From the IMG/VR virus record IMGVR_UViG_3300047272_000350, positions 1 to 58,875 of that record: a stretch of 58,875 nt of DNA. The stretch is one strand, 5' to 3'. The position numbers and the translations under genes are program-made. The notes under the pieces are model-generated. The model was not told the DNA's origin, ran no database searches, and was given only the letters and a program-made list of their open reading frames with translations. Below are positions 32,620 to 43,231 of this stretch, in pieces. The stretch comes from a virus. Taxonomy: Duplodnaviria > Heunggongvirae > Uroviricota > Caudoviricetes. How positions within the stretch are numbered: position 1 is the stretch's first letter; every line of letters starts with the position of its first letter.

Positions 32620-35397
32620 ATGGATAGTCATAACTTACACTCTTTTTATAATGGGGTTGGAACATCAGTTTCATCTACCCACTCTCTTCCAACACAAACA
32701 GTTCCTGATAGCCAGAAAGAAAAGCTAGCATGGAAGAAGAAAAATATGGACGCACTTGAGTCTATAGGAATATCTCAACTAGGAGAAAATGTAAAATTTA
32801 GAGATCTTTACAAGATGCTAGAAGGAAGACTTGCATATTCAGACTATGAGACTGATAACCAAGTTTTAAATAGAGTTAGAGATTTAGGAGATAGCGTAGG
32901 AATACCAACATTTGTAAAACACTATGATTTCATAGGTATAATTACAAGACAGTTAGTTGGAGAATGGCTTGAACAAAAAGATGATTTTAAAGTTGACACT
33001 ATTGATGATATTTCTCAAAATGAATACTTAAGAGAAAGAACAAATAGAGTTAGAGAATATGCATTAGATACATTTAAAAAAGAATTAGATATTGAGCTTA
33101 ATAAAATGGGGATAAACCCAAATAAGCAAGATTTCAAAAGTGAAGAAGAGCAGCAGCAGTATATGCAAATGCTTGAAGAAGAGAAAGCTAATATAATCCA
33201 ACCATCTCAAATTGAAAAGGAGATGAAAGATTGGAAGACAAAGGCTGCTGAGTGGGCAGAACATGTAATTGAAAAAGATCAACAAAGATTTTACATGGAT
33301 AAGCTTGACAAGCAAGAAATGGAAGACTATCTAGTTACTGGAAGATTTTTCAGAAACTATTATATAGGATATGATTACTATAAGCCAGAAAGATGGTCAC
33401 CACTTGAAACATTCTTTTCACAGGATGTAACTGCCGAAAACCCACAAGATTGTGAGTATGTAGGTAGAGTTTTCTATATATCTCCATCTGATATTATAAA
33501 GAGATATTCTCATTTATTAACATCTAATGAGATAAAAAAACTAAACATAAACTACGCAGAAACCGATGGAGGTAATGCAAGCTCACAAGTACAATCATGG
33601 AAGAATGCTATGAATAACGGTATGTTTGGACAAGTTCAAACACTACCATTTCATAACTACTATAACTATGATATGGGGCTTCAAATACAAGATGCATTGG
33701 ATATTCCAATGGGGGAAGTATTAGTTGATACACCAGATGGACAACAAAGAATACCAAACTGGTTAAGCCCGTTCCAAAACAATAATAATCTTGCGTATAA
33801 CTACAGTAGAATACAAAGAGATGATATAAACATAAGAAAAGACTTATTACAAGTTACAGAGGCGTATTGGAGAAGCTGGAAAAGAATGTGGTTTATAAAC
33901 TACACAACAGAAGCCGGATATGAAGATACAGCTATTGTAACAGATGACATACTACCAGATTTTGTAAAAGAAAACAATATAAAAAAGGTTACAACAAAAG
34001 CCTTAAAAGATATACAGAAAGATTTAGAACCAAACTGTATGTACGAGTTTTGGGTACCAGAAATTTGGCAAGGTACAAAGATTAATGCTGGTAACTCTTT
34101 CTTAACAGATAACCTATATTTAGGAGTAGAACCATTACCATACCAAATAAGAGGAGAATCTAACATTTTTGATGTTAAGATACCAGTAGGTGGTATTATA
34201 GCATCATCTGTTGCACAGAAACTTAGACCATACCAAATTGGTTATAATATTTGTTTAAACCAGATATTTAATCTACTTGAAAAAGAAATAGGTATGTTCT
34301 TCTTATTTGATATAAACTTTTTACCGTCTGAATATAAGGACCATGGTACAATAGAAGAATCATTAAGTAAACTTAGAGATCTAGCAAAAGATGTTGGGTT
34401 AGTACCTTTAGATACTACGAAACAAAACATGGCAGGGGCCAATGGACAAATGAATACGTTCATGACCCAGGACATATCTTTTGACAAACAAATAAATAGC
34501 AGAATACAATTATCTGAATACTACCAAAGAAAAGCTTTAGAGCAAATTGGTATAACACCACAGAGATTAGGACAACCAAGCGTATACGAGACAGCTACAG
34601 GAGTAAAACAAGGTACAGAAGCCTCTTACATGCAAACAGCCGATATATTTAATACAATGGCAGTTGCTAGAAGAAAAGCGATGGAATTACACTTATCAAT
34701 AGCCCAGTATTGTCAAAAAGAATACTTGGATGTAGACTTTGTATTCTCAAATTCTGATGGTGATAAAATATTTATGCACTTATCAGATCCAGATTTCCCA
34801 CTAAGAAGAATTGGAGTATTCCCAGTAAATGATCCTAAGAAACGTAGAGAGCTTGAAACAATGAAGCAAGCCTTATTAAATATGAATACTTTAGGAAGTG
34901 ATTTACTTGATTACGCAGAGTTATTCTCAGCTGATACAATAGTTGAATTAGTAGCTATTGGTAAAAAAGGAAGAGCTGAAAAACAAAAAGAAACAGAAGC
35001 ACAAAGAGCACACGAGCAAGAACTTGCTGACAAACAAATACAAGGAGCTGCTGCTGAGAAAGATAAAGATAGAGCATGGGAAGCTGATCAAAATCAAAGA
35101 GACAGAGAAGCTAGAATTATGCAAGAAGAAATTCAAGCACAAGGTAGAGCAGCAGATAAAGATGCAGATGCAAAATCTTTCAAGAATATTAGCTTACAAG
35201 CAGATATGGCATTGAAAGAAATGAAGGCTAGTAGTGATATGGATTTAAATAGCAAGAAACTAGGATTGCAACAACAACAGGTTGCAGATAAGGCAGAAGC
35301 TATCAGTAAAGACTTAGAGCTAAAAGTAAAGCAGATAGAGCAGAAAGATAGAGCTATGATGAACGATAGATACATAGCAGAAATTAATAAGAATTAA
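32620..35397 (+). CDS. portal protein (crAss-like)
   Basis: 925 aa between terL and MCP; PTFVKHYDFI, GITPQRLGQ, ETATGV; long coiled-coil C-terminus. Confidence 0.85.
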   Translation: MDSHNLHSFYNGVGTSVSSTHSLPTQTVPDSQKEKLAWKKKNMDALESIGISQLGENVKFRDLYKMLEGRLAYSDYETDNQVLNRVRDLGDSVGIPTFVKHYDFIGIITRQLVGEWLEQKDDFKVDTIDDISQNEYLRERTNRVREYALDTFKKELDIELNKMGINPNKQDFKSEEEQQQYMQMLEEEKANIIQPSQIEKEMKDWKTKAAEWAEHVIEKDQQRFYMDKLDKQEMEDYLVTGRFFRNYYIGYDYYKPERWSPLETFFSQDVTAENPQDCEYVGRVFYISPSDIIKRYSHLLTSNEIKKLNINYAETDGGNASSQVQSWKNAMNNGMFGQVQTLPFHNYYNYDMGLQIQDALDIPMGEVLVDTPDGQQRIPNWLSPFQNNNNLAYNYSRIQRDDINIRKDLLQVTEAYWRSWKRMWFINYTTEAGYEDTAIVTDDILPDFVKENNIKKVTTKALKDIQKDLEPNCMYEFWVPEIWQGTKINAGNSFLTDNLYLGVEPLPYQIRGESNIFDVKIPVGGIIASSVAQKLRPYQIGYNICLNQIFNLLEKEIGMFFLFDINFLPSEYKDHGTIEESLSKLRDLAKDVGLVPLDTTKQNMAGANGQMNTFMTQDISFDKQINSRIQLSEYYQRKALEQIGITPQRLGQPSVYETATGVKQGTEASYMQTADIFNTMAVARRKAMELHLSIAQYCQKEYLDVDFVFSNSDGDKIFMHLSDPDFPLRRIGVFPVNDPKKRRELETMKQALLNMNTLGSDLLDYAELFSADTIVELVAIGKKGRAEKQKETEAQRAHEQELADKQIQGAAAEKDKDRAWEADQNQRDREARIMQEEIQAQGRAADKDADAKSFKNISLQADMALKEMKASSDMDLNSKKLGLQQQQVADKAEAISKDLELKVKQIEQKDRAMMNDRYIAEINKN

Positions 35398-35451
35398 ATA
35401 ATATTTAACTAATTAAAAATAATTTAACAACAGGAATTTAAGAAAGGCAAA

Positions 35452-35493
35452 TTTTAACTAATTTTGCAGTTACAAAAAAAACCACTAATTTTG
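35452..35493 (+). promoter_or_regulatory. late-type promoter with duplicated ACTAATTTTG
   Basis: 10-mer at 35457 and 35484 (27-bp period). Confidence 0.75.
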
Positions 35494-35501
35494 CACAAGA
35501 A

Positions 35502-36641
35502 ATGAGAACAGAACAAAACCAAGAAGAACTGTCATTTGAACAATTACTAGAATTTAACGACTTTTCATTAGAAGATGGAACTAGTCCAAAAAATGAGGAA
35601 GAGGTTGATATTGATTTATCTGATGATAAAGAAGATGATTCAGAAGAAGCCGAAACAAAAGATGACAAAGAGGAAAAAGAAGAAGTAGTTGTAGAAAAGA
35701 ACGAACCTTCTAAGAAAGAAAAGAAAGAAGAAATAGTCTTTAATAATTCAGATGCAGTATATTTTGATATTGTAAAAGATAGACTAGATTCAGGAGAATG
35801 GGAAGATGTACTAATTGAAACAGAAGACGGTACAGAAAAACTACTTTCTGAATTAGATAATATAGATAAAGATACTTTTAAGAATCTTGAGAAAGCTATT
35901 AAAGATCAAAAAGACGAAGAGTTAAAATCTAAGTATGTTGATATTGATGGTTTAGATGAAGTTAAAAAGCGTCTTATTAATATAGTTAAGAGTGGGGATC
36001 TCGATTTAGCAAAAGCTTTATTCCAAAACCCAGAGTCTTTAAAGGAACCGTTCCAAGGATATGATGAGGATAACGATGCACATAATACAGAAGTATTAGC
36101 ATGGTACTACCAAAACATAATTGGCCACAGTCCTTCTGAAACAAGAGCTTTAGTAGAAGCTTCTAAAAAAGACTTAACCCTTGATGTAAAAGCTCAAAAA
36201 ATAGTTGACTATCAAAGACAACAGTTTTACAAAGGTCTTGAAAATAAAGAGCAAGAACTAATAGCTGAACAAAAAGAAGAAGTAGAAAGAATAAAAGAGT
36301 ATAGAAAAGGCTTAGCATCAGAATTTAAACAAGAAGGTGTATCAGAGAGTCTAACTAGAAAATTTGTTGATGTAGCTACTAAGAAAGATGAAAATGGGGC
36401 TTTTGAAATAGATAACATATATGAAGAGTGGATGAACGATCCTAAGAAAGCTAAAGAGCTTATTCAATTTATGTTAGATAAAGAGACATACATTAAGAGG
36501 GTAACTTCAGAAACAAAAAAGAATGTACAACTAGAAAACTTAAAAAAGATCAAGATTGTACAAGATACTACAAGAGTATCAAGAACAAAACAAGAAGAGA
36601 CAACACCAATATCTCCTCTTGAATCATTAAATTTCGAGTAA
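35502..36641 (+). CDS. acidic scaffold-like protein preceding MCP
   Basis: Very acidic N-terminus, helical; position between portal and MCP as in crAss-like phages. Confidence 0.7.
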   Translation: MRTEQNQEELSFEQLLEFNDFSLEDGTSPKNEEEVDIDLSDDKEDDSEEAETKDDKEEKEEVVVEKNEPSKKEKKEEIVFNNSDAVYFDIVKDRLDSGEWEDVLIETEDGTEKLLSELDNIDKDTFKNLEKAIKDQKDEELKSKYVDIDGLDEVKKRLINIVKSGDLDLAKALFQNPESLKEPFQGYDEDNDAHNTEVLAWYYQNIIGHSPSETRALVEASKKDLTLDVKAQKIVDYQRQQFYKGLENKEQELIAEQKEEVERIKEYRKGLASEFKQEGVSESLTRKFVDVATKKDENGAFEIDNIYEEWMNDPKKAKELIQFMLDKETYIKRVTSETKKNVQLENLKKIKIVQDTTRVSRTKQEETTPISPLESLNFE

Positions 36642-36672
36642 TAACAATAACAAATAATAAATTAAATTAAAA

Positions 36673-38367
36673 ATGGTAACACAACAAAACATTCCTTTCG
36701 TTGTAAATGGAGACCAAGTGATAATGTTCACAGATAAGAAAACAGTTTCTTCAATCGGTGGTGCACAAGACTTACCTTCACTTTACTCATGGTACAAAGA
36801 AGACCCAAACAAGCATCACTTAGGTTTGATGAACTTATGGGGAAAACAAGCAGTAAGAAGCTACGGTATTCTTAGAGAATTATTACAAAACAAAGCTATC
36901 CTTGAAGTTAACGGATGGGACGGTGGATTTACTTACGACATCGCTGTAGAAGAATACAAAGGATGCTACACTACTCGTGATACATCTAGCCAAGCTTACC
37001 CAGGTGTTGACGGAAGTACTTTTAAAATTGTATTAAACAGAGCTTTCACAACAGGAGATGTATTATCTAACGATAAATACTACGGACAACAAATCATCGT
37101 TTCTGGTGAAGAGCCTGTAGTAGCTGTAGGTGAAGGATTCGAACACACAGTAAAATTAGCAGATAACGATAAGAGCACTTGGTTCTTAGCGTCTAACTTA
37201 TCTAAAGGTATCCAATACTTTAAAGTAGGACATGCTATCTTAGGAGAAAGAGGTACTAACTTCTCTCACTTTGATTTACCAGATACAGTAGGTACAATGA
37301 GATGTGAGTTCCGTTTAGGATCTGCATCAGGAGTTGAGGCTTATATCACAGGTATGGCTGACTCTAAATCATTCTCTGGAGCAGATGCACAATCTAAATC
37401 TTACTTAGATAAATTACAATCTGAATTTGGAGGTAATGATTACGCAGTATTGACAAACTTAGTTACCAAAGGTGGTAAAAAAGTTCCAGATATGAAAAAT
37501 GCAAAAATCGGAGCTACAATGGAGTTCTTAACAATGAGAGAATTAGAACGTTTAACTGCTCAAAAACTTTTATTCCAACGTGCTGCTACAGTTCGTGATT
37601 CAAATGGAGTTGCTAGATTAAACGAAGGTTTATGGCACCAATTGAGACGTGGAAAACTTGTTAAGTATGGTCGTCCAGGTGGAATCACTCGTGATCACTT
37701 AAAAGAAGCTGCAGAATATGTATTCCGTATTAACCCATTCAAACAAGATGTTGAAAGACGTTTGAAATTCAAATGTGGTAAATATGCATACCAAAACATT
37801 TTAGAGATCTTCTCTGATGAAGTTAACTCTCAAAATGCATCATTGAATACATTCTTAGGAACAGAAAGAACTATACCTAACCCAGTTCGTGGAAATGATC
37901 CATTCAACTTAGAGTATGTGCCAATCCGTTTCACAAAAGTATTCATTCCAGGTATCGGAAGTGTAGAAATTGAAGAAGATACATCATTAAACATGATGGA
38001 AGGTGTTGACCGTTTAGCAGGTGGATTCCACCCAGAAAACTTATCACCAACAGCTTACTCAATGGTAATCTGGGACGTAGAAGATCAAATGTACTCAAAC
38101 AACAAAGCTTTACCAAAAGGTGCTACTTTAGTAGAAGGAGGTAATTCAGGAGCTAACATTTATTTAGTAAAACCACAAGGCGAAATGTGCTACTGGGGAA
38201 CTACTAATGGTCGTTACGATTACAGAAAAGCTGGAGATGTAATGTCTTCTATGAAACAAATCGGACAAGAGTTCTGGGCATTTAATATCGCAGATATTCA
38301 CGTTAGAGATTTAACTCGTTTCGTAATGATTGAGTTAGATGAAGCTGGAAGAAAAGGTTTCAACTAA
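36673..38367 (+). CDS. major capsid protein
   Basis: 564 aa; conspicuously biased (highly expressed-type) codon usage; position; followed by a terminator. Confidence 0.85.
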   Translation: MVTQQNIPFVVNGDQVIMFTDKKTVSSIGGAQDLPSLYSWYKEDPNKHHLGLMNLWGKQAVRSYGILRELLQNKAILEVNGWDGGFTYDIAVEEYKGCYTTRDTSSQAYPGVDGSTFKIVLNRAFTTGDVLSNDKYYGQQIIVSGEEPVVAVGEGFEHTVKLADNDKSTWFLASNLSKGIQYFKVGHAILGERGTNFSHFDLPDTVGTMRCEFRLGSASGVEAYITGMADSKSFSGADAQSKSYLDKLQSEFGGNDYAVLTNLVTKGGKKVPDMKNAKIGATMEFLTMRELERLTAQKLLFQRAATVRDSNGVARLNEGLWHQLRRGKLVKYGRPGGITRDHLKEAAEYVFRINPFKQDVERRLKFKCGKYAYQNILEIFSDEVNSQNASLNTFLGTERTIPNPVRGNDPFNLEYVPIRFTKVFIPGIGSVEIEEDTSLNMMEGVDRLAGGFHPENLSPTAYSMVIWDVEDQMYSNNKALPKGATLVEGGNSGANIYLVKPQGEMCYWGTTNGRYDYRKAGDVMSSMKQIGQEFWAFNIADIHVRDLTRFVMIELDEAGRKGFN

Positions 38368-38383
38368 TATTAAATAGTTAAAT

Positions 38384-38421
38384 AAATCTTACCCCATCTA
38401 AACCGGTGGGGTAAGAAATTT
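38384..38421 (+). terminator. terminator hairpin after MCP
   Basis: TCTTACCCCA/TGGGGTAAGA 10-bp stem. Confidence 0.7.
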
Positions 38422-38427
38422 AACGAA

Positions 38428-38459
38428 TTTGCAAGAACCAAATAATATTTGTAATTTTG
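38428..38459 (+). promoter_or_regulatory. late-type promoter (-7 TAATTTTG)
   Basis: TTTG and TAATTTTG boxes 28 bp apart. Confidence 0.65.
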
Positions 38460-38526
38460 CATAACCAAACCAACCAAAGAATACAACCCAACACAGAAAA
38501 AAGTTAAGTAACCAAAAATAAAAAAC

Positions 38527-39498
38527 ATGGCAGTAAAAAGCAAGGATACAGGTAATGTAATTCTTAAAATCTACGACTTCGAGATTAAAAAAGATACACT
38601 GTATGAAATAAAAGAAAAGTTAGATACATCTGCACCAGATGGATTTAAAGAGTTCAATACAACAAAAGTATTAAGTGATACTGTAGTAGATACATTCCCT
38701 GGAGCAGTTTTTGACAGAGAAAGAGGTATCTGGGACACTGGGTTATACCCTACTTCAAGCTCTTTTATGAGAGCGATTCAACCAGACTTTAGAACAGAAG
38801 CCCTAAAATCAATAAAGGAAAATATTATAAAACCTATTGAAGCAGAAAAAGGTGTAGACGTTCTTGATCAAAATTCAAAAAACAACCGTTTCTGGGATTC
38901 ATTTAGAATTGATTTACAAAGAGGTAAAGTATTTGATACATCAAAAGCAGAAGATTTGCTTAGACTATACTTACTATTAATACACAGAAGAGTTACACCT
39001 AAACATATGGAGTCTCATCCAGAGTTTAAACAACCTATTTCAATGTATTGTATTGTTGATAAAGACAGTTCTATATCTGTAGAAGCAGAAAAAGAAATGA
39101 GACAAGCTAAAGCATCAGCTTTATTCTATAACTTATTAGGCTCAGATAGAGAAGGATTAATTAGAGTATTAGATTACTTAGGAATTAGTGCCAACAATGG
39201 TACAGAAGATGGAGTACTATATACAGTGTTTGGAAACTTCATAAAATCTAAAGAAGATAAATTCCAAAATGATAAAGTTTTTATTGACACAGTAGAAAAA
39301 TATCAAACAGAAGATGGAGGAGAAGAAATTTTTATCCATTCAAAATTAAAAGAACTTTACATCAAAGGTAAAGTAAAAAATAAAAAAGGAGAAATCTGGA
39401 TAGATGATGTCTTTGTAGAAAGTGGCTGGAAAAATGCTGCTAGAAAAGTAAAAGAAGACAAAGAATTAAAGCAGATCTTCACAGGACTTCTTGAGTAA
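38527..39498 (+). CDS. conserved virion-block protein downstream of MCP
   Basis: ORF track; synteny. Confidence 0.8.
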   Translation: MAVKSKDTGNVILKIYDFEIKKDTLYEIKEKLDTSAPDGFKEFNTTKVLSDTVVDTFPGAVFDRERGIWDTGLYPTSSSFMRAIQPDFRTEALKSIKENIIKPIEAEKGVDVLDQNSKNNRFWDSFRIDLQRGKVFDTSKAEDLLRLYLLLIHRRVTPKHMESHPEFKQPISMYCIVDKDSSISVEAEKEMRQAKASALFYNLLGSDREGLIRVLDYLGISANNGTEDGVLYTVFGNFIKSKEDKFQNDKVFIDTVEKYQTEDGGEEIFIHSKLKELYIKGKVKNKKGEIWIDDVFVESGWKNAARKVKEDKELKQIFTGLLE

Positions 39499-39507
39499 CA
39501 TAAATAC

Positions 39508-39534
39508 GGGGGTATTTAATTACCCCCTTTTTTT
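39508..39534 (+). terminator. intrinsic terminator
   Basis: GGGGGTA-TTTAAT-TACCCCC followed by U7. Confidence 0.8.
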
Positions 39535-39542
39535 AAAGAAAA

Positions 39543-40208
39543 ATGACTACAGAACAAGCGTATATAAAATTTTTACTAAAAGTAAACGACAATTTTGAAA
39601 ATTCAAATGTCGCAGGAGATAGAGGTAGATTTGTAGTTGTATTCAATGAAGCTCAAAATAAGATGATGGAATACATCTTAGACAATAAAAAAAATGATGA
39701 GATTAGATATATACAACAAGCTTTAGTATCTAATTTTAAAATACAAAAGAAAGACTCTGTTGAATATGCAGACACTTTTGAACTACCAAAAAATTATTTC
39801 GATCTTTCCTCTGCTTATACAAAAGCATCTAATAGCACATGTAAAGGACAAAAAATTAACCTTTACGAAATAAAAGATGACAATAAGATAGAGATACTAC
39901 AAGATGAATTTAATAAACCCTCTTTTATAGCTAGAGAAGCACCATTCTCAATATCTTCAAACAACCTGTATGTTTATAAAGACTGTTTTTCAAATGATGA
40001 GTTATACTTAACTTACTACAGATACCCAGTCCAAATAAAAACGTTAGTTGAAGATGATCCGGAAAGCCCATTTAATGAACAGTTTGCACCAGAATTTGAT
40101 GATAAATTCTTAGATAGAATTATATCAATGGCAGCAAGTTTATTTGAAGGAAACAGCGGAGATGCAAAATATCAAATGGATATGCAAAGAGCACTACAAA
40201 AAGTATAA
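39543..40208 (+). CDS. putative head-tail ring/adaptor protein
   Basis: About 220 aa with N-terminal helices, LPKNY...L motif and LTYYRYP; crAss-like synteny. Confidence 0.6.
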   Translation: MTTEQAYIKFLLKVNDNFENSNVAGDRGRFVVVFNEAQNKMMEYILDNKKNDEIRYIQQALVSNFKIQKKDSVEYADTFELPKNYFDLSSAYTKASNSTCKGQKINLYEIKDDNKIEILQDEFNKPSFIAREAPFSISSNNLYVYKDCFSNDELYLTYYRYPVQIKTLVEDDPESPFNEQFAPEFDDKFLDRIISMAASLFEGNSGDAKYQMDMQRALQKV

Positions 40209-40246
40209 TAACAATAAATAAATAATAACTAAAATTAAAATTAAAA

Positions 40247-41923
40247 ATGGCAAGTCACGCACCACAAACAATTTTATTTGTAACTAACGAAGGTTTAGTA
40301 ATGAATAATGGCTATTCTACAAGATTAGCAAAAGGACAGTTTGGTATTGTTGATAAAGGAGCTACACCATCTGCATTAGGTATGGCAGTAGTAAACACTT
40401 TCCCAACAACTCCAAAAGACAGATTATTCGAGTTAAAATTAGGTATCGCACCTTTAACACCAACTCGTTCTCAATCTAACAAAGCATATTCTTCAATGCC
40501 TTTCAAACTTTCAGAGATTGTAGACATTAAAGTAAACGCTCCAAAATTAGGAGTTTCTGTAGATGAGTTTATTATCGGTTACGATGGTATCAACAACGAT
40601 ACAGCAATCGTATTAAGTAATGGTGATAATGAAGTAATTGACATTACATTAGCAGGAGATGCTATTGGTATGTTAGGTTACCCAGAATCAAAAGTTACAG
40701 TAAAACTTTATTTGGAAGCACCAAACACAGGTACATTCACAATGCACGAAATTGTTGAAAAAGGAGTTGAAAGATTAAAAGATATTACATTAGTAGGTGG
40801 AGTGCCAATTACTGACTATATCGAGATTACTCCAGTAAACAGTGCAAACGTAACAACTGTAGCTGCAGGTAATGAGTTTACATTCTACAACTTATCAATT
40901 CAAGATGCAGGTAACTCTAGTGCATTAGCATTAGTACAAGCACAATACCCAGCTCATTTAGTAAAAAGAGAATCTTATGCAGGAGGAATTTCTACATATG
41001 TAATCTTAGCACCAGATGGTACAGTATTAGTTGATTTCGAACAAGTAGTATCAATACAAGGAAATGATTGTGCTGGAGATCCAGATTGTACTGGAACAAC
41101 CACAGACATTGCATGGGTTGATGGAGTAACTTGTAACGCAGTTGAAAAAACATTTACTTTGCAATTAGCAGACACTGAATGTGGAACTTCAAGACTTACA
41201 GAACTTCAAGCAGCATATCCTGAATTAACAATCACTGCAGGAGCACTTACAGCATGTCAAAGAGTATACACAACTACAGTATTATCTACTGTTGTATGTG
41301 AAGAGTGTTCTCCAATATTGAGAGACTTATTTTCAGCAGAGGCACCTATTCCATTTGCTGGAGTTAACTGGGAAGCAGCGGCAGTAACTTATTCTGCTGT
41401 AGCAAAAATGGGTATCCATTTAAAATCTAAAGTTAACATCCTTGCAGGATCTGAAGAATACAGAGATGATTTACCATTCGTATACAGCTCTACAAGATTA
41501 TCTATTGCAAATGCAGCACCTGGAATGGTTTCAGAATCTTTCAGTGCAGGAAGTAACGGTAGATTTGCAGTAAAAGCACTTTCTATTGGATCTGAGCCAG
41601 AAGCAATGGGAGGACAATTCTACGACTTAGAAGAGCGTACTAGAGTATACTTTGAAAATCGTCAGAGATTAGCAGGAAATAACTACGGTAAATTAGTATT
41701 AGGTCAAGAGTCACACTTAAAACCTACAGTACAATACGTAGACTATTCTATTAGAATTAGAACAAACAGATTTGCACAATCATTCTCAGGAGAAGTAGTA
41801 GAGAACATCGACTACCATATCTTAGTAGATGCTTGTAAATACGCAGATGTTGAAGCGTTAGTTAACGATTTAGCAACAGCAGCAGGATTGCCTACAGTAG
41901 AGGCTTACCCAGCAAGAGCATAA
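40247..41923 (+). CDS. abundant structural protein (putative capsid-decoration/auxiliary protein)
   Basis: Biased codon usage like MCP; beta-rich; followed by a terminator. Confidence 0.6.
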   Translation: MASHAPQTILFVTNEGLVMNNGYSTRLAKGQFGIVDKGATPSALGMAVVNTFPTTPKDRLFELKLGIAPLTPTRSQSNKAYSSMPFKLSEIVDIKVNAPKLGVSVDEFIIGYDGINNDTAIVLSNGDNEVIDITLAGDAIGMLGYPESKVTVKLYLEAPNTGTFTMHEIVEKGVERLKDITLVGGVPITDYIEITPVNSANVTTVAAGNEFTFYNLSIQDAGNSSALALVQAQYPAHLVKRESYAGGISTYVILAPDGTVLVDFEQVVSIQGNDCAGDPDCTGTTTDIAWVDGVTCNAVEKTFTLQLADTECGTSRLTELQAAYPELTITAGALTACQRVYTTTVLSTVVCEECSPILRDLFSAEAPIPFAGVNWEAAAVTYSAVAKMGIHLKSKVNILAGSEEYRDDLPFVYSSTRLSIANAAPGMVSESFSAGSNGRFAVKALSIGSEPEAMGGQFYDLEERTRVYFENRQRLAGNNYGKLVLGQESHLKPTVQYVDYSIRIRTNRFAQSFSGEVVENIDYHILVDACKYADVEALVNDLATAAGLPTVEAYPARA

Positions 41924-41936
41924 TCTAAAAAGAATT

Positions 41937-41964
41937 AGGGAGGAGAATACTCCTCCCTTTTTTT
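41937..41964 (+). terminator. intrinsic terminator
   Basis: AGGGAGGAG-AATA-CTCCTCCCT followed by a U-run. Confidence 0.85.
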
Positions 41965-42001
41965 ATAACCTAACTCTACATAGTAGAATAATTAATAAAC
42001 A

Positions 42002-42430
42002 ATGAAGACTTATATAACATATGTAATTACATCCCTATTGGTATTTTTTGCACCTGTTTCAGGAATACTAATAGCAGTAGGTGTATCTATCGCTTTAGAT
42101 ACAATCCTTGGAATATCAAAAGCTGTAATTTTAAAAGATAAGATTACATCAAGGAAGCTAAGCAATATCGTGTCTAAGTTTGTACTATACCAGTCTGCTA
42201 TATTACTACTATACACAATAGATAAGTTTTTATTAGGTGAATTTTTTAAGATATGGTTTAGTATACCTTTCTTTTTTACAAAAGTTATAGCAATAATCAT
42301 AATATTTATTGAGTTAACTAGTATGAAAGAGAACTTTGAAGCAGCATTTAAGATTGACATTTTCCAAAAGCTTAAAGATCTATTAAGAAGATCTAAAGAA
42401 CTAAAAGACGACATAGACGAATTAAAATAA
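42002..42430 (+). CDS. holin (toxin-secretion/phage lysis holin family)
   Basis: Three TM segments; LDTILG...ITS...ELTS.KEN pattern; precedes the endolysin. Confidence 0.8.
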   Translation: MKTYITYVITSLLVFFAPVSGILIAVGVSIALDTILGISKAVILKDKITSRKLSNIVSKFVLYQSAILLLYTIDKFLLGEFFKIWFSIPFFFTKVIAIIIIFIELTSMKENFEAAFKIDIFQKLKDLLRRSKELKDDIDELK

Positions 42431-42431
42431 T

Positions 42432-42896
42432 ATGACAACAGCACAAATAACAAAAAAGTACGGTACACCAAACGAAACAGGAAAAGGATATTTAGTAAAG
42501 ATAACTTTACCTTATCCAATGAGATTAGCTTGGGACACAGATACTAAAGTTAAGACAATGATGTGCCACAGTCTAGTAGCAGATAATTTTATAGCAGTTT
42601 TCAACGATTTGCTAAAAGAATATGGTTACGAAAAAATAGTAGAACTAGGTATAGACCTTTTTGGTGGATGCTTTAACTACAGAAAAATGAGAGGTGGATC
42701 AGCTTGGTCAACACACTCTTGGGGGATAGCAATAGACTTAGACCCTGCAAGAAATCTATTAAAAGAGACATCAAAGACTGCAAGATTTGCAAGACCTGAG
42801 TACAAAAAAATGATAGATATATTTTATAAGCATGGATTTGAATCTCTAGGAAGAGAAAAGAATTATGATTGGATGCATTTCCAAATTAAAAATTAA
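42432..42896 (+). CDS. endolysin, M15-family Zn peptidase
   Basis: FNYRKMRGG..WSTHSWGIAIDLDP and DWMHFQ. Confidence 0.9.
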   Translation: MTTAQITKKYGTPNETGKGYLVKITLPYPMRLAWDTDTKVKTMMCHSLVADNFIAVFNDLLKEYGYEKIVELGIDLFGGCFNYRKMRGGSAWSTHSWGIAIDLDPARNLLKETSKTARFARPEYKKMIDIFYKHGFESLGREKNYDWMHFQIKN

Positions 42897-42898
42897 AG

Positions 42899-43231
42899 AT
42901 GAACACTATTAAAGTATTAAATTTTTTTAAACAACAATGGCTTGGATCAGCATTGATAGTTATATGGATACTATCAGTACTAGTATATCAAAACAAAAGA
43001 GATCAACTATTGAAAGAAGCAGAAGTCCTAGAAAATAAAATAGATGTCTTAGAGAAAAAATCGGCCACATATAAAAAAGAGGAAATAGAGCTTAGAAAAG
43101 TAGATACGATTATAGTAAACAGAATAAAAAAAATAAAGGAGAAAGAATATGTACAAGTTAAAGTTATTGATAGTCTTCCTATTAGTGGGCTTCAAAAGTT
43201 TTTCACAGATAGATACTCAGAAGAAAGATAG
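42899..43231 (+). CDS. i-spanin-like protein
   Basis: Single N-terminal TM plus coiled coil; follows the endolysin. Confidence 0.6.
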   Translation: MNTIKVLNFFKQQWLGSALIVIWILSVLVYQNKRDQLLKEAEVLENKIDVLEKKSATYKKEEIELRKVDTIIVNRIKKIKEKEYVQVKVIDSLPISGLQKFFTDRYSEER